A program made the translations under genes and the position numbers. A model generated the notes under the pieces. It was not told the DNA's origin and did not search any database. It worked only from the letters and a program-made list of their open reading frames with translations. DNA of 64,000 bases from Fimbriosthenelais zetlandica. Taxonomy: Eukaryota. Shown one piece after another: positions 38,301 through 49,246 of this stretch. The number at the start of each line of letters is the position of its first letter. The stretch's first letter is position 1. The stretch covers positions 12,586,001 to 12,650,000 of the forward strand of contig OZ365112.1 of NCBI GenBank assembly GCA_977030845.1. The letters run 5' to 3'.

Positions 38301-40292
38301 TCATTGATAAGTCTGAGAGCCACATCCTCCGAGACTCGACCTTCGAGAATGAAATGCTGTTTGAGGACGTCAGGTCTGGGCTTTCCTTTGGCGTCAAACA
38401 CCTCGCTCATGGTAAGCCGGTGACTCGGCGGAAAGGGCACGCCTGAAATTGAAAATAAGTAAATAAGTATGCTTCAAATTATAAATAATTAATTCAAAGG
38501 TATACCGTAACATATATTATGGACAGTTAATTATATTTCTCAATAATCCACGCGACAAACAACGACACACTTAAGTTGAACGTTATATTTATATGTTATA
38601 ATTTATATTTAAAACCTAGTTAAGTTTGAAAATAACTAATAGGAAAATTAGAATTTTGAGTCGGAGAAGATTCAAAGAGATTTCATATCATGTTTAACAT
38701 TCAAGTTGGAACAGAGACCCCATATATGGCATCATGAAATCAGATTATAGTATAGCATTAGCAAGCTTGTTACATAACCCATTTCAACAACTTAAAACAT
38801 TAAACCTCAATAGACAACGCCCACGGCATAAGTTACATAATCGTGTATTAAGCATTCGTGTGGTCGTGCATAGAATATAATTATATGACTGATTAATTTA
38901 GTGTCCCAGATATTACCTAATATGATGCTAAACTGATTCAAAGAGAACTGGATAGTGGGAATCCTCCATAATTAGTCCACAACAAAGCCAAGTTAGTGGC
39001 TGTGCTACTGTATTTACCCACAATTTCTATTCTTGGAAATTACAAATTGTAAAATGATTAGATTTCTAACAATAATTGCAATAAGCAATCTCATTTGCAA
39101 AGGTATATTTAGCCTAAATCATATACCAAAGTCAAAATTTGATTTTAAATGGTAGATTTTTTCTACTTGTGCACTCAAACTTTGAGTCAAAGTCAAAGCA
39201 GTAGATTGTACTAGTAAATCGTCTTTACGTTTGCAACAAATACGATCATCTGGACTTTATTTATTTTTTTAAATGAATTTCCGACTTGAGTGGTCAGACA
39301 AGACGTCTCGTAGGCTACAGTATATCAATGGATTTTCAGGCCAGGACGTTAAATTAAAAGCTGCCCCTTAAAATAAAAACAAGTTAATAATTCCCTGCCT
39401 AGGGGATACCTGAAGAAGCTATTTAATGGTAGAAATGTCAGATAAGGATGTAATGTCATTGCCCCTTCCAATACACATGTCAACATTATGCTTGATGCGA
39501 CGAGCTAAAAATGGGCGGAACCATTCTAGCATCACTTGAGAACAGGCATAAACATAGGGCATCGATACAACAAAAACAAACATCATTCTCTCATAACTTT
39601 AAAGACTAAAACTGTTTACGATAGACTGGTCGTTGTGGGAGATGATTCTTTACACAAAATATAGTATCAATTCTCAAGAATGGTGGAAAAACAGGAGGTT
39701 CTGTGGAAAATTTCTCTTGACAGAAGTGACAGTTCAGTCACTTCCGCCAGACCTATGAACTGACTGGGTGAGCTGTCAAACAAGTAGACCCTGTATGTCA
39801 AACACTTTTTATTCCAATAAAACGCCAAGACTAGCGATCCTGGTTGTCTACATGAATCTGAAAGGTGTCTGCGTTCATTTACATTGACTAAACCTTAGAT
39901 CAGAGGCATTGTAAGGGAGGGGAAAGGAATTTTTCACCGGCCTATGCGAGTACCTGCAGTGTATATTCCACCGCCTTTACGCGTAGGACTGCGCTAGCGG
40001 CCGCAGCAATGTCAGATTGGAAATAATTGTTTATTTTCATAAAATGACCGTAAATCTTAATGTATCCACAAAGGAATCAAAGCCTGAATGGGTTAGTCGC
40101 TTTCATTAAATTTGTTCAGCCCCCCTCTTTTCAGACACAGAAAAAAATACACCGGACGTCTGCAGTTGTGTTGACAGCTATGCAAAATGGCGGACTATTT
40201 TGAATCCGTAATTACGATGGTAATAGAGAAAAACTATACTTACTTTTCACGACCCTCTCCGTCGTAGAGAGCTTACCATCGGTACTCGCCAT
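11371..40292 (-). CDS. PPP3CA: Calcineurin A (Ser/Thr protein phosphatase 2B catalytic subunit), coding exons 1-4; gene continues beyond the left edge
   Basis: GT-AG exons on minus: 40244-40292 ([16 protein letters not shown]), 38242-38442 ([17 protein letters not shown]...IEAPVT), 26356-26480 ([20 protein letters not shown]...[16 protein letters not shown]), 11371-11482 ([37 protein letters not shown]). PPP motifs GDIHG, GDYVDRG and RGNHE are intact and the frame is continuous. Exon lengths 201/125/112 match my recollection of vertebrate PPP3CA. Exon 5 was not found in 1-11370. The symbol denotes the family; paralogue identity is not resolvable. Confidence 0.96.
12340..12560 (+). mobile_element. 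Decayed Gypsy RT-RNase H junction fragment
   Basis: [17 protein letters not shown]...VDASL*...[13 protein letters not shown] (12383-12510; cf. KLKxAxSSAPVLxFYDP...VDAS..G..Q.GRPVAFAS..LT). Confidence 0.5.
13150..14520 (+). mobile_element. Possible decayed DIRS-like RT/MT/recombinase tract
   Basis: Weak, ordered motif echoes: [19 protein letters not shown] (cf. YAFPP), SKWPFKP (cf. APxWP), TLRAA. Heavily degenerate. Confidence 0.28.
15560..16080 (+). mobile_element. Decayed Gypsy integrase fragment
   Basis: [13 protein letters not shown] (15572; cf. ELSVxDGxxxRG) in frame with [16 protein letters not shown] (cf. AGPFxGKxFLxxxDxHS); DNHFTEMSF downstream (cf. SDNGxQFTSxxF). Confidence 0.45.
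16680..16860 (+). mobile_element. Decayed Gypsy RT active-site fragment
   Basis: VADDIC (16691)...PAREEAE**KVK (cf. VADDIL...RARExNLKLNxxK). Confidence 0.35.
19790..20520 (+). mobile_element. Decayed DIRS-like RT fragment
   Basis: EVLLAEG; [22 protein letters not shown] at 19975-20043 (cf. FKMET..V...GDWMxSxDL); [12 protein letters not shown] downstream. Confidence 0.4.
20990..24330 (+). mobile_element. Decayed Ngaro/DIRS-order element, RT-RNase H-tyrosine recombinase in order over ~3.3 kb
   Basis: [11 protein letters not shown] (21022; cf. xSAFRLLPIHP); [20 protein letters not shown] (22211; cf. HINxLELxAVxxALxxF); [13 protein letters not shown] (24123) and [14 protein letters not shown] (24225; cf. 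Ngaro-type HSFRIGAATxAA). Confidence 0.5.
25172..25242. repeat. Short tandem duplication, 26-bp unit x ~2.7
   Basis: AAAAAATGT(C/T)TGACTATACTGTCACT twice, plus a shortened upstream copy. Confidence 0.8.
28330..28500 (+). mobile_element. Decayed DIRS-like RNase H fragment
   Basis: GRWDP...IFWEL (28348) and GDNSTPFP*I (28466), cf. GxW...HINxLEL...SDNxTxVxYIN. Confidence 0.4.
32156..32333. mobile_element. Non-autonomous pogo/Tc2-like MITE (178 bp) flanked by TA
   Basis: Left end CCGTATTTGCCGGAGTATAA; right end reverse-complement CCGTATTTGCAGGATTATAA (18/20). TA at 32154-32155 and 32334-32335. TACCGTA termini are typical of pogo/Tc2-like elements. Confidence 0.8.
32815..33172. repeat. GA-rich microsatellite/purine tract with a (GC)n run and poly-G
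   Basis: GAGAGGGAGAGGGAGG-type arrays at 32853-32960 and 33060-33140, GCGCGCGCGC at ~32834, near-pure G run at ~33150-33172. Confidence 0.85.
35785..36030. repeat. Pyrimidine tract followed by a G-rich purine tract (low complexity)
   Basis: CT-rich 35787-35835, then GGGGTGGG/GGAGGGG runs 35900-36010; explains several spurious overlapping ORFs. Confidence 0.7.
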
Positions 40293-40560
40293 TATAAGGC
40301 TCCCTACACCTGTCCTAGGTGGTCTTTACTCCCCGATGGCTAAATTTTGACCACGATTTTCCTGGATAAGAAGACCAATGTCACTGTCGAAAAATTCCAA
40401 GATGGCGTAAACAACAATGCATTTGCATAAAGTGAGGAACTACTGCGCATCGCTTTGCGCAACCTTGCCAACGCCCTGGATACCGTTATGTACTTGGATC
40501 ATCAGAAAATTAAGTCCACAGATCAAACAAGACAAATTTTGAATGGTAATCCAAGGTTGA
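40293..40560. promoter_or_regulatory. Putative bidirectional promoter, calcineurin A / POLG2
   Basis: Head-to-head arrangement, locally raised CpG, YY1-like AAGATGGCG at 40399-40407; a related AAAATGGCGG lies at ~40184. Confidence 0.55.
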
Positions 40561-41260
40561 AAGTTGGTTTGGATAGAAAATCCCAACGCTCCGTTATGGG
40601 TCCTGTCTCACAGCTAAGCAGAGGCTTTCTGTGATGTTGATGGAGTGAAGTTAGGCTCTGCCCGGCTCCAGGAACCAGGGAGCATTTAGTATCTCGATCC
40701 TACCACTACAGAGGGCACCTGCTCCAGGGTTGGGCACCTGAGGATCCACCAGTGGATCATGTAAACACTACATGGGCTTATCCGCCATGGGTAACCGGAT
40801 AACAACGTGCTGCCATCTTGTGTCTTACCATGCTGGCACCAGCTGACATAGAACTCTTTAGTGGAGGTAGAAAAGTTTAACTTCCCGTGATTATCAACTT
40901 CCGGTCTGGCGGGTCTGTCAAGTTGCCGGCCTCAAATAATGTTGATTATTTTAATTTCTGGGTACTTTAGACCTGGTTAATTCCCGAAAGAAGTGCGGGA
41001 AAGAAGATTTGTACCAACAAGACAGATATGGCTGATGTTTAGGAACTATCCATCTCAAAAACAGGAGCTGACACAGGTAAAAACCTTCACTTTGTACGGG
41101 CACCTGCGCCTGCCTTAGGCATAGCCGCATAGGCATAGGCATAGTCTATGGCATTCCATTTTACCAGTCCCAACTAACAAGATCTGGCAACTCTCCTATA
41201 TTTGTCCATATTCCCTGTGTTAACGTTATGTAACATTATATTCATTTTTCTCCATCAGAT

Positions 41261-43218
41261 ATGCATCAGAATCTTGTTCGGCTGTGTCGAAGATATGGCA
41301 TTGCATATCCAGTAAAGACACTTATTGATGGAACTTCCTCCACTTGCTACAACTATGGAATCATTGGGGCCAAGATGAGACATAATCTGAAATGTCAGTG
41401 GTAAGTAATATTTAAAAGGATCTCTTTTGATTACTCAATCAATCTGTTGAATGCAGTTTCTTAAATGCAAATTTTGCATGGTTCTTAATATCAAAATTTC
41501 TTTCAATAAAGATCAATATGTTCACAATATCTAACTGGCCAATTTCATTTCCAGGTTGAAGAATGTTACAGAAGCACACGGCCATGTGTATTTAGTGGAG
41601 AGCTCGAATGGAATAAATGGAACTCAAAATAATGATACGAATGATTTGAAATCCCATCAAGGGAAAGGTGATTTTATCACTAACCTCCTTGTGATATAAT
41701 ATCTTGTATAATTATTCAAATAATATCTTTAATCTGTTTTAAATTACCGGGTACTGAAAAATTGTAATTTCTAACGGTTCGATTTTAGGAATGCTGGCTC
41801 ATTACCTCCCTGTTTTGAAACAAAGAAGGACGATTTTTCCATTTGGTCTTGCACAGATAAACTCTAGTGCGATAAGAGGTGGACATGAACTTAATCCATC
41901 TCACAATGGACATTTTATATACAGGTTCGTAGAGGCTTCCCGATATACTTGTCAGTTTGAGTTTAAAAAAAATAAATTTTGCTATTAATATCTTGCCTTT
42001 ACTTCACACAAAGAAGTATCATTTTCCTCTCTCCTTCAACAGTTCTCCAGAACAGATGGAAATGACATTACTCTTCTTTGCTGAACCTTCAGAAGCCTCA
42101 CAATGGGTGAGCTTTTGGAGAACTAAACGTCTTCAGTGGTGGAATAAAGTAAGTGTGCATTAAATACGGACGTGTACTGAAGATAAATTAACTAAATATT
42201 CCAGGTTATAATTCTTACTCACCTACTTTTTCAGTTTGCTAGGAAAGCTGCCAGTTTCAATGCTGTTTCACATTCTGGACTGCCGGGTAAAAATGAGGAG
42301 GAGATTCAGTACAGCTTCCCGTGGGGTGAAACCTCAGTGGAGTCTATCTGTGATCATGGTCCGGATCCAGTTGGTGAACTAGAGGAAACATTGGGGACAA
42401 GTCTCCATGTAAGAATTTAAAATGGTCACATATTTCATTATAAATTCTCGCGTACCTCTTACCATTAAATTAAAATACTAATATTAATGTTTCTTATACA
42501 CAGGGCCTTGGAGGGGGTAAATTGGTATTGCCGCATGTAATTGAGTTAACTACAAGTGTAGAACGCACATTATCGGCCTTCATTTTTGATTCCTACGTTG
42601 GTGAATTAGAGGACGAATCCTCAGAGGCAGTAAGTTGAAATACATTTTAAATTTAAATTGGACTGTTGCTCTATATCTGTATTGATATAATATTCTGGAT
42701 ACACAAGAATTAATCAATGATTTCATTTTTTGTTACAGAAGATCCATTTCCACCCGAAAATAGCACCATATCACGTAGCACTAGTGACACGTGGAGGGGA
42801 TCAGTCTCCTGAACTTAAGGAAATTTCAGCTTACCTGGCAAAGAACATGCATCAACATGGTATATTCCTTCTAGATGTCTATCATGAAGACAGTGGGAGC
42901 GTTCCAGATGAACAGAGGTAAATTGACTAAAACTGAATATGAAAAAACATAAAAGAAAAGTTTATAGTCATCTAAATGCAGCTTTTGTCTCATATGTAGC
43001 GCAATGTACAAAATAATTTTCCTTGTACTTGCTAATAATATAATTTTATATTTGGTTGCAGATATGACGATATTGGTATTCTTTGGACAGTTACCTTGAC
43101 AGAAGAAACTTTGGAAAAAGGATCAGTTTTACTTCGCAGCCGAGAAACTGGGGTCAAAGAAATAGCAAGCCTGGCCGGTCTGGGGGAAAGATTATCAAAG
43201 TACATAACAGCATCCTGA
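41261..43218 (+). CDS. POLG2: Mitochondrial DNA polymerase gamma accessory subunit
   Basis: Exons with consistent phases: 41259/41261-41400, 41555-41667, 41789-41924, 42043-42148, 42235-42408, 42504-42629, 42739-42917, 43062-43218 (TGA). Motifs match POLG2: FPFGLAQI, QWVSFWRTKRLQWWNKF, IQYSFPWG, FHPKIAPYHVAL, YDDIGILWTVTLTEETLEKGSVLLRSRETGVKE. The start is uncertain (possible upstream in-frame exon 40488-40545). Confidence 0.9.
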
Positions 43219-43936
43219 GAGCTATTCGTATATATAGCAAGATTACAAATTCTAAGTGTCTTCCAACAAAACCTATACAATGCTTGTATATATAATTATG
43301 ATGTACATGTACCGGTATATAAAATGCATTTTTGAACATTACTTCCGATTCTACTTTTCATTCCATTCGCCTGTATTCGTAGGCGGTTCCAAGACTTTCT
43401 TTAGGCCCAGATAGAATGTTTAGAGTTTGTATTTGTACATGGTCTGATTTACTCTAATGTTTGCCTACCCGTGTGTAAGGCCATGTTCACCTTGAAAGAG
43501 ATGACAAAACCAGTGGCTTATCGAGGCCACTGACGTATGTAATACATCAGGTGACGACCTGTCAAATATTACACATATATTCCTTCTAATCTATGATATC
43601 CTTCATTTAAAAATGTTCACAAAATAATCATTACGAAAATATCTTCATTCGTAACAGATATATAGAGAATTTAAGAATACTTTATAGTAAACATAGCTGG
43701 TGCTTTATAATGGTAGTGTGGTTATTATGAGATATACAGTATACTATGTTTGACCTTATGACCCTGGTAGTGTAGTGGGCGGGGTCTGTGTAGGATGAGC
43801 CACTGATGACAGGCTCTGTTTATAACAGGAACACACCCCTAAACCACTCCAAACGCGCCCAGTACTGAGGGCGGGAAACACGACCATATCATTCATATTG
43901 ATTAACTCACAAATCTCATACAAACATTGAGTTGGG

Positions 43937-46900
43937 ATGGCATCCGGGATAATTTTCACTTCTTCTATATGGGTTTACCTAATTTGCTTTCTCATAAAGT
44001 TGTCTTCATGTACCATCATTTCTGAAGGTAAGAAGAAAGTTTATGTCATACCAAATAATTTAAAACATTTTAATGTAAAGAAAAATGATTGCTTACTCTG
44101 TTAGATGTACCCAGCACTTATATTTGAGGAGTGAACGTATTTTGAAAGGGTCTGATTATAGTCTGTGATAAAAAAAAAACATGTACCATGTGTACCTGGT
44201 ACTACTAGTTGGTTACTGCGCACCTCTCATATAGTTCTACTGAAACATGCCATGATAATGAGTATATGTAGAGCATAAAATACTGATCAAACAATCCCAT
44301 GTTAGTTGGATCTAGACATTTAAATAATTAAAATAAGACAGTTCAAAATGCATTGTTTGATCAGTTCTGGAATCTGAGGTAATGACCAGTATGACTAAAT
44401 ATGACTACATTGTCTGGAATAATCACTAAATAATAATTCTTACAACTCCTTATTAAGTCATACATTTCTTTAGCCATTTTCCTCCCATCAATCATTCTGT
44501 ATGTAAACAGTGTATATCTATGTACGTAGTTGAGAGGTCATCCCGGACTATGTCCTGCACCCCCTGATCCAGAATGTGGCTTTGACTGGACATATCCTGA
44601 TCATGTCCATCATACAGCACCTTCCTGCCATGCTCCGCCCCTCCTGACACCTCTATGTATCATGTCATAACTCATTCACCTCTATGTTACTAACCTCCCG
44701 GATATTCATACATACAATGCCTGAATTCCTGACGAGTAAGGAATCCCGTTATGTTAATCATTCCTGGTCAGAGTAGGAACCCGGAATGAGAGAATGAGGC
44801 GCAGTTCCAATACAAAACAGATAGAAACTTGGACTTAGCCCCATTGTGTGTCATTTTACATAGGGGCTTAACCTCATTTTTCATCGAATTTCTTTTTCAA
44901 TAAACTCCAAAGCTGGATAAATTTGGTTCTCCAGTAGTTCTAATATTTTACAGTTTTCAAAAAATTTAAATTGACGGTACAAATTATAATTATAGCTTGG
45001 ACTCAGACTAATTAGTGTGTCATTTCACATACAAATTACATATACAATGTTACTACCGGTATGTTTAGTAGGAATGTTTCATTTTAATAAAATTTCATTA
45101 AACCCCATAGTCTGATCTATGTAAATTTAATGTTAAGATTGTATGGATTATAACTCTAAATTCCATTCTTTAGAGTCATGTGCCTCTGGGAGGATCTACC
45201 TGGGTAATTTAAACCTCACCTTCACCAAGCATCTCCACTATATGGGTGTGTATATGAAGGTGCCTTCCTGGACCCATGACCACAGGCCTGTCTACAAACA
45301 CCAGCAGCACCACCTCTACATGTACTTCACTGTGTAGGTCACATTGTGGTCTTACTCCTCCGGGAATAAATAAATGTCTCCCGGAAATACAAGAAAGTCT
45401 CATGTCAAGTTTGTTTGATCAAAGGCTTAGCACTTCTTTCAATTTTCGATCAAATTTAGTATAAGCTTAGCACTTGACATATTACTTTCAATTTTCAGTC
45501 AATTTGTAATCATTCAAATAGTTTTAATTAATGTGGGAAATACCTACTCCACCTGATATTAAATCATGATAAGATTCTTTTCACTCATTTAACAACCAGT
45601 CATAGCCTACAGTACTAGTTATATGATAGGCTTACTCAAATTTCTCATCAGTATTTGTATGATAGTTTTTGCATGACATTATATTCACAACCAGTCATAC
45701 TATATGCTCAGGATTTATGCTACTCAATTTTTCATGTATTTTTCTCACGACTGATGATTTCAGTGGACACCTGGAGTCGCGGTGGGTTATATACACTAAC
45801 GTGACTGATGACTTATCTAACGTCACCTTCAGTTCTTCTACTCATTCCCCTCAACCTCTGACGTCACACAACCAATACTGGCGTCTCAAGATATCTGGTA
45901 ACTGGAGAACATTAAAGGGCCTTAAATCCCTCTGTGTGAATGCATCATTTGGTACATGTACAACAGGGAAACTCAGCGTTTCCGGGCTTTCATCAAGAGC
46001 TAGAATACAGCAGTTTTTCATGGGACAATACCAACTACAGCACAATATCAGCTCAGGCTTGAGACCTGTTTATAAACATATCACTAACTCAGCCACGCTG
46101 TTTTTCAGTCGGGGTATTTGGGTTTTCAGGAGGAATTCCTCAGGGATAAGTATGTTTAACAGAGATCCTGCCTTCCAGCCTGAGGTAATCTTACAACCAT
46201 GGACAGTCTTCAATGGTTTTAGTTTCCGCACTGAGCAGCTCTCAATTGATTGTGGGGGTGAGTTGCTCCCGAGCATCTAATTTCTTTTAAGAGATTATTT
46301 CAAATTAGAAATTTACCTTTTGAATAAGGTTTTCAAAGAGGAATATGCATATTCCAAGGGAGCGACTTTCATTCAGTATTAGTCATTCTTTGCAGGTATT
46401 CTTACAAGAAAAATTTACCTTGCTGCACGAGGCAGTAACACACAAGTTGGCTGTATCCATAGTGAACAAGTAGGTTCATCTACTGGGTTAAATCAAGGCA
46501 CAGTTACTTCCAAACCAAGGGAAGTCTCTACAAGGCAACCTCATCTGCCAGGTAAGTAAATAGATTCTAGCAACCTTAATTAATTAAAACATTACTTGTT
46601 GGGAGTTTTAGGGCACTATCTGGCTGTTCTCAGGTTAAGGAAAATATTGGATGATGGCGAACCAGTCTCATCCCTGTACAGAAGGATATACTCATATCGG
46701 AACAGTTCCTCATACCCTTCCTGACGTACTCAGTCTTAATCATTTTGGTACACATATGATTCATTCCACTTCATGTTTCCGGAAAAAAAGAAAGGATACA
46801 ACCTAGAGCTCAGCCTAATGCAACTGATCTTTTTTAACTTCATTTCAAAATCGTCAAAAGTATTCTCTCTATTCTGTTTATGTAGATGACTCGAGGAGCT

Positions 46901-47662
46901 CCTTATTATCAACGAATTACACAAATCCACTAAATACGCCTGCCAGGGACATGGACCTCAAGAGGGAAGATACAGGAAACGTGGAAAATACTGAGGTTTT
47001 AAAAACAGAATGTGAAGACCGAGTTTGCGGTAATGGGGGAGAGAGTTATGATACTGGTAACGGTCTGTATGCTTGTAGATGTAAAGAGGGTTATTATGGA
47101 CCAAAATGCGAAACAGGTAATTATTAACAATTCATACATATTAAAAACACTTCTACATAAGGAATAAAATGATTATTACATGTACCAGTTCACATGTACT
47201 AACCCCGATATTTTCTTATATTAAAACACATAAATATTAATAAATAAAACATCTGATTTATAACTTTCAATCACTCAAAATTTCCAGAATTTAACTGTGA
47301 CAAGCCATTCTCTTCATTCACTCAGTGGGAAAACTAAATATTTTTGCTCTTTTTCTAGAAATACAATGTGGCGACCCTCCAGTTTCAAGTACGGCTATAT
47401 TAGATGAGGTGGTACGGACTGGTTTAGTTACTATAGCTTTGTACAGTTGTCAAGCGGGGTACTACATAGAGAAAGGTAGTAGTAATACAGCAGTATGTGG
47501 ACTGGTGGGTGGATGGAAGGACCCTCCTACATGTACTACCTATATGCCCATGAGTGGTAACTGGGGACATCTCTCACCTCAAACATGACAATCTCTTACA
47601 TTAAAATAACCAATATTTTATTCTTCATTTTCATGGCTTTTCATTACCGTTTAGGCCGGTAA
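43937..47662 (+). CDS. Predicted secreted modular protein (~400 aa): signal peptide, 2x uncharacterised ~105-aa domain, linker, EGF-like, sushi/CCP
   Basis: Open, phase-consistent GT-AG model: 43937-44027 (MASGIIFTSSIWVYLICFLIKLSSCTIISE), 45174-45333, 45764-46257, 46396-46551, 47009-47116 (ECEDRVCGNGGESYDTGNGLYACRCKEGYYGPKCET), 47359-47556 (IQCGDPPV...YSCQAGY...AVCGLVGGWKDPPTC), 47655-47662 (GR-stop). AATAAA at ~47712 and ~47777. The model is built by eye; additional or skipped exons are possible. Confidence 0.7.
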
Positions 47663-49246
47663 TCCACTGCTGGGATTTTGCCTTCAACACTACTGTAAAT
47701 GTGGAGTCCCACAATAAACAGTTTAATGACAGTCAGTGACAACGTTTCTATAACGATACATACACATACGTACTTGAATAAAGACAAAACCTATGTTATT
47801 CAAGTTTGAACAAATAAGAACTTTATTTTGAGAATTACGTTGTAGTAAAAACCTTTATAGGGAAATTCTTGTCCAAATAAAGTGGAAATATTTATCTCTC
47901 GTTATACATGTTCAAGAACTCGATTTAATAGATTCTGAAACCTTCAGTTAAGCATGTTAAGGCAGTGTACAAATAAATCAATCCCTCAATCTCTTGCTTC
48001 ATTAAAATATTAAATTTTCTCAAAAATTCATATGATATCCAATGCACAAACTTGAGGAACCCGTATAAAGACACACTACACCCGAGGGTGATCCAACTGT
48101 TGAAGTTATGATTATGGCAACTCTGAACTAATGAGGGGGAATGACACCGTTTTCCTATTTATATATAGTGCGACTGCAAGATTTGTAACACTTTTGGGCC
48201 AACCATCCAACAAAGCCCGGAAGTTCTACAACACAGCACCCGACAAAGCCCCGGCAACCTGCTCCACACTACTGATCATAAAACGGCAGCGCCAAAATAA
48301 CAGACACTAATATAAAAGGGAATGAAATATTCAAGGATGATTTTTCTCCATATAGGAGATGAAATGTCCACTGTGACAAGGGAATAAATCAATATACAGA
48401 ATATTATTTGCAATAGGTCAATAATTTAAATAAATTTAAATAATCTATTTTTTCGAAGTACAAGATCTGTAATATAGGGGTAGATATAAAGCATACATTT
48501 TCCTAACGCAATTTTATATAATTGCATAACACACAGGTCACAGAGGGAGAAGATTGCATAATATTTACTACGTATAGTGCACCAATGCATTCAGTATTAT
48601 TAGGAAAATGCGTTTATCAATCATTTTAGAACATTTTCCTACTCAGATTTAACGAGATAGTAGGTGCACTGTGTAGAATTCTAACTACAGCAAATGCTAC
48701 GGTTAAGGAATGGTTACACACACTGACATATCACTTGATACACATGCGTAAAAAGTGGCAGCCATTTCACCCCATCACCCACCCCCAAAACGTAGGTGCA
48801 CATAAACCTAACATGGGCCAATCACAATAAAATCCACCCAGAGTGGACAATCAAAAGCCCTGTCTGATTACATGCACACAAATGTATGTATATCGACTGT
48901 CCTAATACTAAACCCATTAGTATCATACCCTGGACACACATCTACCGTCTTTACTGTGTTCTTAATCTACCAGAAAGCTATATATACAATGTAGAGAGGG
49001 ACACACTCATATCGCTTCATAAAAATAATCATTTCATCTTTCTCTATGAAATATTTACATCTAATAGCAAAGTTTCCTAGAAAATAAATGCACTTGCAAA
49101 GAGAACGCCAGAGTGGCTTGGACATGTCCAACCATTCAGAAAGAATGAAAGGTAGGACCAATACGTCTCCACACACTTTGCAAAGTAAGAGATTGAGAAG
49201 TGTTTATATATTGTATGTAGTCTCTGAGATGGTGACCGTCCTATCT

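Noticed and set aside
44537-44746. Possible extra sushi-like exon (GLCPAPPDPECG...IQCL)
   Set aside because: Poor acceptor, in-frame stops and a required frameshift. At most a decayed exon, so it was left out of the gene model.
45335-45337. Apparent nonsense codon suggesting the EGF/sushi gene is a pseudogene
   Set aside because: The TAG lies inside the donor GT|GTAGGT; splicing at 45333 to 45764 restores an open frame.
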